Positions 1-14,436 of a stretch of 64,000 bases of DNA are shown here, one piece after another. Every line of letters begins with the position of its first letter. The stretch's first letter is position 1. The notes under the pieces are model-generated. The model did no database searches and was not told the DNA's origin. It worked only from the letters and a program-made list of their open reading frames with translations. Both the position numbers and the translations under genes were made by a program. Source of the stretch: Podarcis tiliguerta (Eukaryota); the NCBI GenBank assembly GCA_965153285.1, contig OZ229115.1, one strand, 5' to 3'.

Positions 1-401
1 GACAGTGATTACAAGAGGTCTGATTTGCCTTGTCTTGACATGGCACCTCCAGCCTCATTTCCTCAAGCAGGAAAAATAAGCAAGTAAAAATGAGCAAATC
101 TTGCATCAGTTCATCTAGCATAACTGAATACCTTCCTGTTCTCATTGTTTGCTTTCCTGATGTGCCAACATGAATAAACTTCTTTGGGGAACCTTCCCTG
201 CAAGTGAAAACAGCCTGAGGTTGCTTCCATTGGTCTCCTTTTACAGTGGGCAGTAGGAGTGGGAAGTAGGAAGCCTCTTTCTTACAATGGGATATAGAGG
301 AGGACTCTCAGAAGACCAGAACATGGACTTCTGAGAGTACATAAAAGGTTTCATACAAGTCCTTCACACAGTCCAACCCAGATGTATTTCTTTTCTTTTA
401 G

Positions 402-566
<165 letters not shown>

Positions 567-1263
567 TAAGTAGTTTGCCTTTGTTTTCTGTGCTAAATAT
601 TGGTTACAAAGCAGAAAAGCACTGCTGATGAACTGAGCCTTCAGGTTTGCTGCTTTGATGGAACACCATACCCTGCATTTGTACATGTGTATGCCATAGT
701 GCTGCTGATCCAAATGCCTGCTGAGCAGAATTGCATGGAATTGAAGGGCCAGAAAACATCATCTAGTTCAGGGCTGGGACAAGTTGAATAGGCCTCCTTT
801 GTCCATTGGTAGATCCTGGGGGCTTATCAGGGGAGAGCAGCAAGATCTAGTCACCACTTAAATTTCACAAAGTAACCCCAAGCAAGCAGTGTTCCAGGGC
901 ATTGTTGGAAATCTAAAGAGCAGCTAGATCTGGTATGCATCCATGCTGATGAAATGCTAGACAGGAATGTTTTGTTTTTGTTTTTTTATGGCCCTGATCT
1001 GCTTACGTATTGGTCTGCTAAGATCCTTCAAACCAAACACTCCTGATCTTTAAAAGAATATTCCAGTCTATCAGTCTATACAGCCTGCTCAAACCTTTGG
1101 AATATTTGTGTATCCCTCTCAGTTCATGAAGGAGGGAAGCGGATCCCATAGTTGGTGTCTGCTACTTCCATGGGCAGCTTTGCAAATGCAATAGGGCACA
1201 TTGCATGGCAGGGTGGGGGGGGGGGGAGAGACAAATAAGCCACTCCTCGAAGTCCTCAGCTAA

Positions 1264-1470
<207 letters not shown>

Positions 1471-2641
1471 TAGGAATGCATCTCTAGTGAGATGCTTACA
1501 CAACGGGCCAGTTTTTAATTAAATTCTGTGGGTGGAATTCAACATCAGGCTAAGGAGAGCCGTTCCATCAGCCAGCACAAGCATTTGTGTTTGCAAGATG
1601 AAATGAGCTACCCTCCCGGCCCTGCACACTGAGTTCTCCTGACCCTTCTGAGCAGATTTGGAGAGAACCAGAGTAGGTCCCATTATGCTAGCGGGATTCA
1701 ACATGCTGGCTTCTGCTAGCGCAAGAACTTAGTTGAATTTGGCCCTATGCTTCAGCTCGGATGCTTTGTGTTTTTGGAGCGATTGCCAATTAATTTGATT
1801 CACTTCCACCTCACCCTTCCTTGTTGAGGCACTAGGCACCAACTTAAACTGAGGTGCCACCACACAGAAGGCCCTCTAGTGTTAATGCATAACATACCAT
1901 TTCTGTCTGTGGAACATTGAGAAGGGATCTCAAAGGCCTCTTATGTTGGCCTTTGGAGGAATACAAGTGAAGGTTCACGTAACAAAGAGACACAAGTATT
2001 AGAAATGAATAGTGCTGGGTATGCATTATCTTGGCCACATTTCATTCTGGATATTGAAAGATAAAAAAATTTCCCCTGAAAATAAACAAATGTTATCACC
2101 CCCACTGCCACCTAGCTTCACTTGGTTGTGACTGTCTCCATCAGTTTCAATAGACATCAGACAGCTAACAAGGAGCTTTAAAAGCTTTATGTTTCCTACA
2201 TGTGCACACATAACTCCTCCCAATAAGTTGCAAGCCATAAATATTTGTGCTATAATTTAAAGCCCTTTTAGAATTACATGTCAACATGCATAGCCCATTG
2301 GAACTAGTGTGCCCCCCTACTAGTTTGCAAACGTTAAGGAAATAATTATGTTATTTACTGCATTGTTTTTGATGTTTAACCTCTACTGAAATTAATCATG
2401 TCACCGCATTCCCAGCCTCAGAACCTGATTTCTGGTGGTACCTGATGACCTCATGAGACCTCAGAGATGCTTTCCGAGGTCTTGCCAGACCTCAGAAGTT
2501 GCATGCAGGCCTTGCGGTGTGGGTGCCAAGCACCCACATTTTTTTTGTGGGTGATTCAAGGACTTAGAGCCACCTATAGTTGGCACCCCTGAAATGGATG
2601 CAGTGCTTATCACAATAAACCCAGGACTGGATGGAAATAAC

Positions 2642-2776
2642 CAGTGCTTTTTTCTGGGTGGACGCTTACCCCTAAGCATTTTGTGAATTTAAGTTTGGCT
2701 TCTTTGAGGGGAAGTATTTCAATATGAGTAGGAAAATGAAAGTAACCCTAAACACTTTTTAAAGAAAAAAGCAGTG
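2642..2776. mobile_element. hAT-type MITE in the last PTPRT intron
   Basis: Inverted ends cagtgctttttt...aaaaaagcagtg; 8-bp TSD gaaataac/gaaatagc; related to 51021-51198. Confidence 0.7.
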
Positions 2777-2958
2777 GAAATAGCCATCTCCTTACATCCC
2801 TGCTCAGAGTAGACACATTGTCCATTAATTTCAATGGGCATACTCTGAACAGGACTCATATTGGAGACAATCTAAACTCACGTGCTCAAGTAGAACAGGA
2901 GGATGAGGCTTGTAATCACTCTTTTTTCTCATTAGGCTCTCTTTTTCTTCTCTTTTAG

Positions 2959-3012
2959 GAACAATATAAATTTGTATACGAGGTTGCACTGGAATACTTG
3001 AGTTCATTTTAG
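2959..3012 (+). CDS. PTPRT: PTPRT last coding exon (coding part)
   Basis: Long polypyrimidine tract and ttttag acceptor. Translates EQYKFVYEVALEYLSSF-TAG, the PTPRT C-terminus. Confidence 0.96.
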   Translation, partial: EQYKFVYEVALEYLSSF

Positions 3013-6000
3013 CCCATGAAAGGTGGAGAGCTTGCTGAATTCCCAAAGCCCTGATGTCTGAAGGGCATTGGTTCCCCTCGTACTTAAAGGGAGCAATGGG
3101 GTGAGGAAAGCAAAGCTCTTCACCCTGGAGCGAGAGACCAGGTCAGATCTCAGTGCCATTGGAAGGAGGAGGGATCTGCTACCATCTGCTTTCTCCAGGA
3201 ACGTCTCTCACTTTTTAAACAACCTACTGTACAAATTGGCAAGCCACGAGGCAGGCTGGAAGACTCTGATTTCTAATCCTTTCTGACTGCTTCACTCTGC
3301 CATTTTGGATGTGTATTTTTGTTTCTCCTTGATACGAATGGGGAAGGGGGATTACTGGAATAATCAGTCGCCTTTCAACTCCTCTTTCTCTTCGCCTCCC
3401 CCACAAATCCTCACTTTATGTTTTTAGTTTTCTATATCAGCCATTTGGCAAAAGAGGAAAGCTTCAGTAGACCCACGTTAAGGCTTTCAGCACAGTGAGT
3501 CTTTGTGATCAGTTTTTCAAATGAAAAGGCCACTGCAATGAAGCTGTAATTTTCTGTCTGCTCCCATTGTCTTAGAAGCAGGCCATGGAACCAAGAGGCT
3601 GTTGGTGAATTTGCTGCCTTGGTTGCTACACAGTGCTACTCAATTTCCAATGTTGTGCATGGGTTGGTTCATAGCGGCTGCAGCACTGGTGAAGCAGTTC
3701 TGTTAAATTGCACCTCCTAGCCATCTAAATCAAAGACACCCTAAAATTATCTTCATGCTTCAAACAATTATTGGCCTTTGGTTTGTAATGAAGTTAATTG
3801 AGTTTTACCTTAAGTACTTGTTTGTGTACAGTGTCTCTTTAAAAGCAGGATGTCATGGAGGGGCAGGCTTGTTATATATCTGCTGGTTGTTTTGCAGTAC
3901 ACACAGCTTGGAGGTTGTCTGCACCTTCTATATAGTCATTTTCTGAGGGCAAGTTCTGTAAGAGAATAGGTGATAATGGTCAGTCTGGCAGGCTCATCAG
4001 AGATGCAACTCCCTGTTTTGGCAAGGGGCACTGGTCTGCTATAACTGAACCTGTAAGAATGGGTGACAGAAGTTTCACACCATCTAATGAACTGAGTTAT
4101 TAGGGGAAATATAACATGTGAACTCATGAGTTTGCAGCATAGGTTTACAGGTTTACAGGTTAACCTTGCCAATCAAAATTCTCAAAACAAGCAATGTGAT
4201 GTAGACCTATCTGACTGTGAGAGTCGAGAGATGATGTGGAGTATTCATAACTCAGAACAAAGGAGATTGGTAAAGTATAGAATTGTCACAATGTACGTGA
4301 GATCTGACAGCTCTCCAAACAATCCGATTCCAGATTGGTACATGGTAAATTGATGGTTATGCCTCAAAACAGAACACTTAGCTTTTCTAAATTTGTAAAA
4401 GGCAAGAAGAGTATGCTATACCCGTCTCCAAATATAGGAACTGTTGTTGTTTTTCCCTTTCAAAAGGACAGAATTCAGGTAGAAGTTGGCAAGCACACAG
4501 AGAGGGTTGATGTTGATATATTAAGGAAGACAGGGGGGAAGTTTTATTCTGCAGATTTTTCTGTGAAATCCTAAGAAGCAATTCTTGGAAACATACACTG
4601 AACAATTCTGCCTTGCTGTCTCAGGTCAACAATTATATTTTGAAGCTGTAGAACCGTGTGTAAATTGGATAATATGAAATGGCTGGTTGCTGTTTCATCG
4701 TGGGCAGCCAACCCTATTGAAATGATGCAGCTGTTATAGCTGTTCATGTATTTTTATATGCTTAGCCATCAGGCTTCTTTAAAGAGGTGCAGAAAGAAAG
4801 AAAAAAAAAATTGTCTCCATCGGTTTCAACCCAGTCCATCATGTTTGCTAGTGTGGGGTTATGCAGCAGCAGCAGCTCTATCCTCCCAGATGACAGGAGC
4901 CATTGTGCAAGATGTGATGGCCAAACCTGACACATGACAAGTATAATTACCTGGAAAGTAGTCTTAGCTGTAGCATCTCCCAAGAGCTCTTCGCCCATCT
5001 TGGCTCATCACATGCCAGCTTTATGGTCTCACAGATGCCCCTTTACATTTTTATCTTTCCAAATGCTTGCCTCATATATTCTACCAAGAAGTAAGTCTGA
5101 ATGATTCCAGTGGGCCTTACACTCCAGGTAACTGTATTTAGGCATACATGCAAAAGAGGATATGCACTGCCATATTCACAGTGCATTTTCCCATCGTCAT
5201 TACACACGTAACTGGCGTCGCCGTACATCGCTTATCCTATTTGAAAGCACAGAAGTCTCTAAAATACTATAATGTAGGCCTGAACCATTATCACTCATTG
5301 CATCCATATAATTTGCAAATGTTCAACAATTTTCACAGGTGATTAATGCTCCCACCATCCACTCTGGTAGACTCATGCGATTCTGGTAGACTCACATCAC
5401 CCCAATCTCTGAGTAATGCGAAATTCAAGGGGTTCCAAGCAGTTACCCAGGGTTCGTGTTTCCTTTCTTTCAAACCAACCACAAGCTGGGAGAGGGCTCC
5501 ACCCATTTGCCACCTTGCACAGAGCCCCTTTCCTTTGCTTCCCTTAACATCACCTCAACAGAAAGCTAGCCTGGCTTATATTTTACATTTGCTGGATCCA
5601 GGGGTTAGGAGGGTCTCCGCATTCAGCCTACTTTCCCCCTCCCCAAACCCATAACGATAATATTGTCGAATTACTTCCTGTACAGGCTACTTGTCTGCAA
5701 CAGGAAGGTCAAACCTGCCTAGAGTTCAATATACTTTTAAAAATCTGTTTCAAAATAGAGCAAGAACACTGTCTTAGTCAAGTAGAATTAGGAAGCTATT
5801 CCACAGTGCCCCCACAAACTGCACTAATTGGGACTAATAAGCCCCAGAACCCCAAGCCCAATCAATTCCTATTTCAGTCTCCTCATGAAAACTCCAAACA
5901 GCTGGGCAGAAAGTTGGGTTGTTGTTGTTGTTGTTTTTTAACCTTTGTTGAAGATTTCATCAGAAAAGCTGACAATTGAAACAGATGAACAACAAAACAA

Positions 6001-9000
6001 TTAAATACACAATAATATTCAACAGTTCAGTCGGGAGTAGATCAGTCATCAAATAAATTTGAGTCACAAAATGCTCCACTCAACAGAGAGTGCAGGTGGT
6101 AAAAGCTGAGAGATGAACAAAGAATGGGTTTTACAGTGGGGTGGGGTGGGAAAGCGTGTTGTGTACTGTAGTAAAAATGCTGATTGCTTGACTCAGGTGA
6201 CGCAGTTTAAAATCCAGCCAATTTCTCACACAGGCCAGAGCTGGCATCCTGGCCTGATCCCTGCAAGGAATCAAACCAGACATGATGGCCAAGATGTGTG
6301 GACATATCCCATGCCATGTAGTTTTCTCAATGAAAATCACTGACCCCCAAAGCTGCTATTTGTCCAGATCAGAACAACATATAGGAAACCGAACTAAGGC
6401 AGGAGGATCAAATCCTCCTCCTTACATGTCAAGTCCGGAGGCTCATGACATCTCTTTTTCAGCATTTTGAAAGTTGCACCTTTCTTGAAACATTTTGTTT
6501 GGCCCTGATTATCTGTGTAAGAAACACTTGAATTGCTGGCATGGGTATTACTACTTTCCTTGGCTTATTCATTTCAACTGCAGGTTGGCGATTGGGGGGG
6601 GGGGAGTTTTTCTATTAATCAGAAATAATTCCATACAAACCCCTGCTGATGTGATTCTATCCTCTGGTCATTTCATTAATAACTAGGCACTCAGGCTTTA
6701 GACACATTGATTTTTGGCCTTTGAAATATAGTGTTAATTTCCTTTTTTTTAAAAAAAAGATATAATAAATAAATAAATAACAGTCGCAATACTGCAAGAC
6801 ATTTTAATTTAGAAGGCACCTTTAATTAGTAATCCCTTTTGCTCTCAAGATATATATTTTTACAAGTTCACTGGGAGGGTAAAATCATTAAATCCCAGTG
6901 AAACAAACTCTGTTTTAAATGTGGAAGTAAATAACACTATTGCAGCTAAGGAAGTTGCAGTATTGAAAGCCAATGTATCTGATACAGGGGTGATGGTGGA
7001 ACCATTGTGAATTGCATACCAGGCCTTTCATTGTCAACACAGTGGGGTCATGTTGCAATTCCTCTGCACCCAGGGAGGGGAGAAAACCTGTTTGGGGCAT
7101 ATAATAATCTGGAAGAAACAGATGGCTCTGGTGTTGTTGGAAACATGTGAACCTGTTCTTTGGTCAAAATCTGGAGCTGATGAATGGCCCATTTTATGAT
7201 CAGATACTGGAATCAAGAATCACAAAAGGTGAACTATAGCATACATATGTTCAATGTTATTTAGAGAGAGAGAGAAGGGACATGGAAGAAAGGCAGCCAC
7301 AAGAATGAGCTGAAGATATGTCTAAATGGGAGCATCCCATGCTCTCAGTTTGGCATGGAGCCGGAAGTAGAGACAACAGTACCTGAAAACAGGTACTATG
7401 GTATGTTTGATGCTGCATGCCATTATCTAGTGCTAATCCCTTTACTAATGTTGATCCTCTGATTCCACCCAGTCTGCTATGCACACACCAGTGCGTGTAG
7501 ACGCGGTGGGAAGATCCACATTGGCTCATGGCATGAAGTTGGTGGGAATGGTGCACAGAATCAGCACACCAGCCCCGAAAAATTATCAGGTTGGGAATGC
7601 AAACAGTGAAAGGGCGAAAGAGAGGGGAGGGGGAGGTAGAGAGGAACAGAGAGAAGAGAGAATAGAAGTATCACAAGTGAGAGTGCAGCCTTTCTGGGAA
7701 TTCAGTTGGTAAAAGGAAAAGTACAGATTTGAACTCCTTTGTTTCTGATGCTGTATGTGAGAGTACAAAGAGAAGCTTGTGCAAGTCAAGAATGTCATTA
7801 TTAGCTAATGTACTTGGTCACAGACCTTGTTACATTGCACCAGGAAATGTTTTGTGAACTCAAAGCACTGGCGCATCTGCTTGGTAAAAACATGATGCTG
7901 AATGAGAGAGCTCAAGTAGAATCAGACCTTCTTTTTTATAGCTCAATGTGATATATGCACACATATTTCAAATCTAAGAAAATGCACTTTTTTTAAAAAA
8001 ATCACATCTATAAATTAGAATATCTAAAACCACATTAAATCAGGTTAGCAGCTGAGTGGCCGGGGTGGGGTGGGGGGAGGGACGCACTAAGCAAGATTCA
8101 CTCAGCAAGGTTGGAGACAAGACAACAGACCTGAAGAGCATTTTGAAAGTGGTATGAAAGAGGGAACACTGCCATGGTAGACTCCTTTCAGGTCACTGCT
8201 GATTAAACTGATTGTAGGTCTTGTTTTCTTAGATTTGTTCCCTGTACACATTAAGAACAAGTAATGCAAAGCAAACCTCTCCATGATGTCAAATAAATGC
8301 TTTTTTTTCTTCAGCTGCAGCATTCACATGGCAAAACTGTGTAGGAGGTCTTATTATGATTATTTTCTAATGACATAATAGCAGAAGTCCTTGAGATGAA
8401 CTCCCAGCTTCCAAAGGGGCTCCATGTGGGCAGTTAATTAGAACAGATATGTATAGTGTTTACTGGTGTGTGTGTGTGTGAGAGAGAGGGGGGGGCAGAA
8501 ATGTGACCTAATTTTCTTAACTGAGCTAGGAAAAAATGTGTACTGCATTAGACTGTACACAGATGATCGTTATATTGACCATTGACTGTGCATTAAAGAG
8601 CCAAAAGGCTGTGCTTGATATGTTCCTTGAAATTTGAGCATCAGTAATACAATAGTGTTGAGTGATGACTCATTGGTATAATTGCTGTTATTTTTATTTA
8701 CTTATTTTTATTTTGTTTTTCTGCAAACCTTAGCGCAAGCTTTGTTTTTAGCAATTACAATGTGCAAGCTTGTTGTCCTTATCAGAAGGCCATCTCCAGC
8801 TAATATCCAAATGTACTTTCCCCCAAATCCTACTGGGCAAGCAATCCATCCTATCATCATTTATTGCCCCATATATAACATTTTAAAAGAATGCAACTCC
8901 CTTGGCACATCTCGTGTGGAATGCTTTACATTATCTGATTCATCAGCCTTACGAGACTGCTCACTTTTATTTTGCTGTCACAGGACAACGAGCTAGAGAG

Positions 9001-9089
9001 CAGGGGCTTCACCATGACTACCTAACGGACTCTTAATGAAGCTCCAGTAAGGATAGCTGTGGGAAGCCTGGTAAAGTTGGGATTGCAGT

Positions 9090-9431
9090 TGAAATATATT
9101 TGGAGTCGAGAGTGGATTTCATGCTCTTTATTCAGCTCATAGTGGTGAGGAGGAATTCCCCCAGAATGTCTGCTTTATATACATTATTTACACAATGGGC
9201 CCCATGTGATTGGCTAATTCTAGGATTCTCCTGTAGGCCAATCAGGTCATGGATTCACTTCCATGCTCCTGCAGACTAATCATACTGCTGCATTGCTCTA
9301 AGACCAATCAGACTGCTGCATTCTGAATCCTATTGTTCTAGGACCAATCAGGCTGCTGTATTCTGAATCCTATTGTTCTAGAACCAATCAGACGGCTGCA
9401 TTTTGGATCCTATTCAACTCAGTAGATAACA
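9090..9431 (-). mobile_element. Solo LTR with tandem CCAAT repeats, antisense within the putative 3'UTR
   Basis: TG...CA ends; exact 5-bp TSD GCAGT (9085-9089 / 9432-9436); reverse-complement homolog of 26911-27276. Confidence 0.9.
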
Positions 9432-9592
9432 GCAGTGGATTTTGTTGCATTTTAAATACTGGCAGGTTACACTTGGTTTCCACCATTGTGTGGAAGCAGA
9501 ATCACTGGTTGTCGAGAAATATGGCTGCCTGAATCCAGCAATAGTGTTAACAAAATTTATCCTACTGCAGCAATAGTCCAGGTATGTGTATA

Positions 9593-10060
9593 CCGTGGTA
9601 CCTTGGCACTCAAACTTAATCCGTTCCTGAAGTCCATTCCAAAACCAAGATGCGCCTTCCCATAGAAAGTAATGCAAAATAGATTAATCTGTTCCAGACT
9701 TTTAAAAACAACCCCTAAAACAGCAATTTAGCATGAATTTTACTATCTAATGAGACCATTGATCCACAAAATGAAAGCAACAAACAATGTATTGCAGTCA
9801 CACAATCAATCAGTAACTGAACTGGGTTCCACACAGTCACAAAAACAAAACAAAAAGAGCCGCAAAAACAAAAATGCAAAATAAATAGCAAAAACAGACA
9901 GACCTCAGAGTAACACTCAAATTGGAAGCGTGTCGCTCAAATCGGAGCACGTTCAGCTTCTGAAAAAAGCTTGCAAACCAGAACACTTACTTCCGGGTTT
10001 GCAGTGTTTGGCTTCCAAGTTGTTTGAGTACCAAGGCATTTGAGAACCAAGGTACCACTG
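9593..10060. mobile_element. Tc1/mariner (Tigger/pogo-like) non-autonomous DNA transposon
   Basis: TIRs c(c/a)gtggtaccttgg..ctcaaa; TA on both sides. Confidence 0.85.
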
Positions 10061-12721
10061 TATATGTGTTAGGGAAAGAGGGATGGGGAGAAGTCAGAGA
10101 GAGGGAGAAGGAAGGTGAGTTGGAGTTATTGGAGGTTGTAGTTTTGCACAATCTGGTTTGTATGCCATGTCGTAGAACACAAATAGTCTCTTCATGCTTG
10201 GGTCATGGTAACTACACAGAATCTTTCTACACATGGAATCCAAAGTTAAGAGATTTACCATGAGCTGCATCTGGGACATTCCAGAGAGAAAACTCTTCTG
10301 TGGTATATAGCACAATCCTACACTTTTCTACACATCCTGCTGTATTAAAGGAGTTGTACTTCCAGGTAATGGCAGCCTTACTTGCTGCTCCCTGCATCCC
10401 TCACCAACCTATGCTTTAGTTCATGCTTGCCCGCCATTCAAGGCTATAAAGCTCATTCAGCAGTGCCTTTGAGAAGAGTATTGATTCTGTATTGTTAAAG
10501 ATTATTTTAGGCTTGAGGAGTGCTTGACATTCTCCAGCCTCCACCACCCTTGAAATAAATGAGACAAGCTGAAATGAAATTAATATTGAGCACAGGATGA
10601 TGGGAGTGGGGGGGGGGGGACCTATTCAAATTATGCCAGTATGCTGTATGTGCTTCTTATGTGGATGCTGACAAGTTGGCCTTGAACAGATCAAAAAGTG
10701 CATTTAGGTTTCAGCATTGTTCCTCCGCCTTTTTGGCAGAGATATTTCACCAGGAAGAAATTTCCCAATATGCCTCACAACTTTCAAAGTCAAAACGATG
10801 CTGCCTTGGAACTAATTAAGCAACACCGCTGTATTCTTCTCGCTCACCTTTGTTATGTCAGGAATAGAACTGCAAATGTTAGCGTCTATTTTTCTATCAC
10901 AGTCTGGCTGGGGAGGCAGGGTGGTGGAGGAAAAACACCTCACTGAGGAGATGAAGAATTTCACACACACAAACACACACACAGAAGCGTTTGTTCGAGG
11001 TTTCGTGCACAGTCAATGTGAACATCTCCTCACCTTATGATTGGCTTACTTTCTTGAGGAGCTCTTCACAGACCTAACAGCTAGTGACTATTTTTAAAAG
11101 TAGCTCATCTGTTTTTTAAGAGAAGGCGGCGGCAGCTGCGGCAAGCGCCTGGCTGAACCCAAACACGGTAACAGTAAATCTCTGAAATCTCTCTGCGCCA
11201 CTAGAAACCAGATTGCCCTTTACGAAAAAGAGATCATTTTTCTTGTACTTTTTCAACAAAGGTGTCTCTGCCATAAATTCTTGCCCATGTCTCGGACACC
11301 AAAACAACTCAAGCTTGGTAATGAGAAAAAATGCATGACAAAAAAAAGGTGGTGTTTATAGGTTTGGGGGCAGAGTGAATGTTTGAAAACTAAGGCCTGA
11401 ACACACTTCTCCTCCTTTTCAAACCCAAAGAACAGTTTTTGCCACTAATTTGGACCTCGTGCTGGTTTCATTCATTGCAGTTATTCATCCCAATGGCGGT
11501 AGCTTTAACTGATCATGTGGTGCTGTACTAAGAAGGTGCATGTAAAACACTGATAACAGCTTGAGGGTATGGGGGAAAATATGGAGGTTTGGTGTCTAAG
11601 AATCCCACTGCCTGCTTTGTGTGTGTAGCTTTCCAGAAGCAATGTTAGGTTGCAGCTGCAAAAGGAAGAGTTAACATGTCTCATCATTTGCTGTTTGCCA
11701 GCAAGCTTTTGGTAAAAAGTCCAAGCAGTTATGGCTGAAATTAATTGTTCATATTTGTGACATTCTTGCCCTATTATCATCTCTCTCTGCCATTCCTTTC
11801 TTTTTAAATCATTTAAGACCCAATTCAGAGAACCCTTTGTGTCTGAGAAATGTCACACAAAGGTTACTTTTACAATTGGCATCAAAAAGCAGTCCTGTAA
11901 ATTTTGTTTAGAATGCAACTTACCCTATCCTGAAAAACATACAAACACACATACCCCTACTGTGACTGGGTGTGTGTATGTCACATTTTGGTGGCTTTTC
12001 CCCCAGTTAAAAATAGCTTTGAGAATCAGGTCCTATTCACACTTAAAAAAATAATAATATGAAATTGCAAATTCACTTCAGCTGGCCTACACAGATCATT
12101 TAGGAAGGGTTGGGTTAATAGGAAGGGTTGGATCAATGCCTTTCTTTTTCCTCTTTTCTCTCCCCACTCCCCACCCCCACCCACTCCTTGTTGAAACCAT
12201 GAGGTACTGGCATCCAACAAAGGCATTGTGCCAACAGCATTCTTCTTATGTTCTCCCTGCAAGGCTAAGGGGGTTATAACTGTGCCATCAATATCCCAAG
12301 CTAGCTAGAAGTTCCCTGTATTAGCTCCTTTGATCCAACTCTTTGCTAGCTGGGAGGGGTTGTTGCATGAGAGCTAAATTTATTTTCATTTGCAGTATCC
12401 CCTGGATGCTTAAGGTTACCAATTAAGCTCACTTGTACAGTTTGGATGTTTGATAGATAAAGCACGTATTTAAAAAAGGGGGGAAAGAAAAAATATATAA
12501 ATACAAAAAAATCAGCACTGTGCGTTCAGAGTTCTTTTCTTTCTAGTTTACAAGAAGGGAAGGTAAAAAAAAAATGTCAAGTCAATGAATATCAGATATA
12601 TTTTTTGACTGTACATTACAGTGGTGTAATCTTTTTTTACAACTGCAAGTCCATCTTATTTATTCTTGTAAATGTTTCCCAGACAATGTTTGTAAAATGG
12701 GCTGTGTTGCAAAATCCATAC

Positions 12722-12727
12722 AATAAA
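12722..12727 (+). terminator. Candidate distal PTPRT polyadenylation signal
   Basis: AATAAA preceded by several TGTA elements and followed by T-rich sequence. Confidence 0.55.
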
Positions 12728-14436
12728 CCTGTGATCCAAGATTAATGTTTTACTAAGAGATTCTTGCACTGGTGCTTTTTTCTTTTGCATGGAATTCAGT
12801 GAACGTGAACAGAAAGGGGATTTCAAAATCTGGTTGCCAAGAACAAGGCACGCTATGGTCCTCCTGTAAAGCTTATGAAGAAGATAAGCCTTGGAACTAC
12901 CACTGTGTTTACAATACAGAAGGGTCAATGCCATGCAAATCTGTCTGGGAAGCATGGGAACAAATTCTCTAGGTTGGTGTGGAGCAGATGCATTCCTAGG
13001 CTGCCTTGCACCCTAGGCAAGGAACTGTATCCATGTGCCCCCCCACCCAAAAATCACTTTACCACAACATCCACATTATTTGTCTAAAAATACTGCTAAA
13101 ATGAAATGAATCCCCATCAATTTAGTTGTGAATGCTTTAATTCTATGGGTTAACTGTTCCATGTGGATGTGAAGGTCTGATGAGGGCTGGTGTGTCCTAG
13201 CATTGGGTCACCCAACAGTGTTCAGGCAATGAGTACACTGGCTGAATTTGGGCTAAGAAAGGCAACCCAGAGCCCACAGTCTCTCATCTGCTTAGTTTGT
13301 GGAACCAGGGGGCTGAAGACACAGGAAGAAAAGCAGCCCAAAGTGGCTGTTGGGAGGGGCTGCCCTGAGCTTAGACTCTCTTAACACTTCACAGCCACTC
13401 TGCACCCCTCCCCACGAAATAAGGGGTACATGATGGCCAACAGTCAACTTTGTAATGTTTACGTGGGCACAATCCATTCAATGGGACCAAGGCTGCAACC
13501 CTAGCCATACTTAACTGCCTTGTTAAATTCCTTTACTTCCAAGTATGCATGGCTAGAACTGAGCTGTCACTTCCTAGCTACCGATCGCTATCCATACTTA
13601 CTGGGAAAAGCATCGACACTGACTTAGGACTGATAATCCTCACTGAACGGAGGCATGTGCAGCCCTCCTTCATAACTAGGCTAGAGCAATGAGCTTCCCA
13701 TTGAATAAAGCAGCTTGAGAACTGTTGTGCTGAACCCCAGGAAGCTACAGACCAGAGAGGCGCATTAGCGGCCTGCAAAAGCTTAGAGGTCTCAGAGTCC
13801 TGAAGTCTGGCAATTCTACAAGTTTTCTCTTATATGTGCAAAGTATTCGGCTAACTTCACAGTTCTGCAATGATTCAGTCCTTCCTGCCAGTGACCAATG
13901 GCCCACTTCCAAAGATGCACAGCCCACAATGTAAGATGAGCCCCTTTATACACAAAGTTATATGCCTAATCTGTCCAGTAACACCGACAAGGAAGTGAGC
14001 AGATTCAGTCAAGTGCATCTCAAGAATGAGAATGAGTCAGCTCTTCGCTCCTTAATGCAATTAACCCATTAAGAACTGCACTCCTTAACAGTCTTATCCT
14101 GCATGAATTAGACATTTAAAGTCATCCAAATTGGTAGCCATCACCACCTCTTGTGGGAGCATAGGTTCATTATGTGCCAGTGAAGCAGCAGTTTGGAAAG
14201 TGAAAAAGCTGGGTTGGAAAGCACTTTGGCTGTTGGGCATGTTCCTTTAGACCACAAGAAGGAACCTGCCAGATTAGACCAAGGCCCACCAATCTAGAAT
14301 TCTGTTCCTACAGCAGTCAGCCAGATGTTTATGGGGAGGGAGCACACTAGCAAGACACGAGTGCAGTGGACTTCTCTGGCAGTTTTTCCCTAGCATCTGG
14401 CGCATAAATCGTGTCCTCCCTAAAAGAGGGAATGTG

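Larger units (their letters stand above)
3013..12745 (+). other. PTPRT: Probable long PTPRT 3'UTR (~9.7 kb)
   Basis: Follows the stop codon and is relatively TE-poor. An AU-rich block with TGTA motifs at ~12420-12720 ends in AATAAA at 12722, followed by T/GT-rich sequence. Mammalian PTPRT has a multi-kb 3'UTR. The exact end is inferred. Confidence 0.6.
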
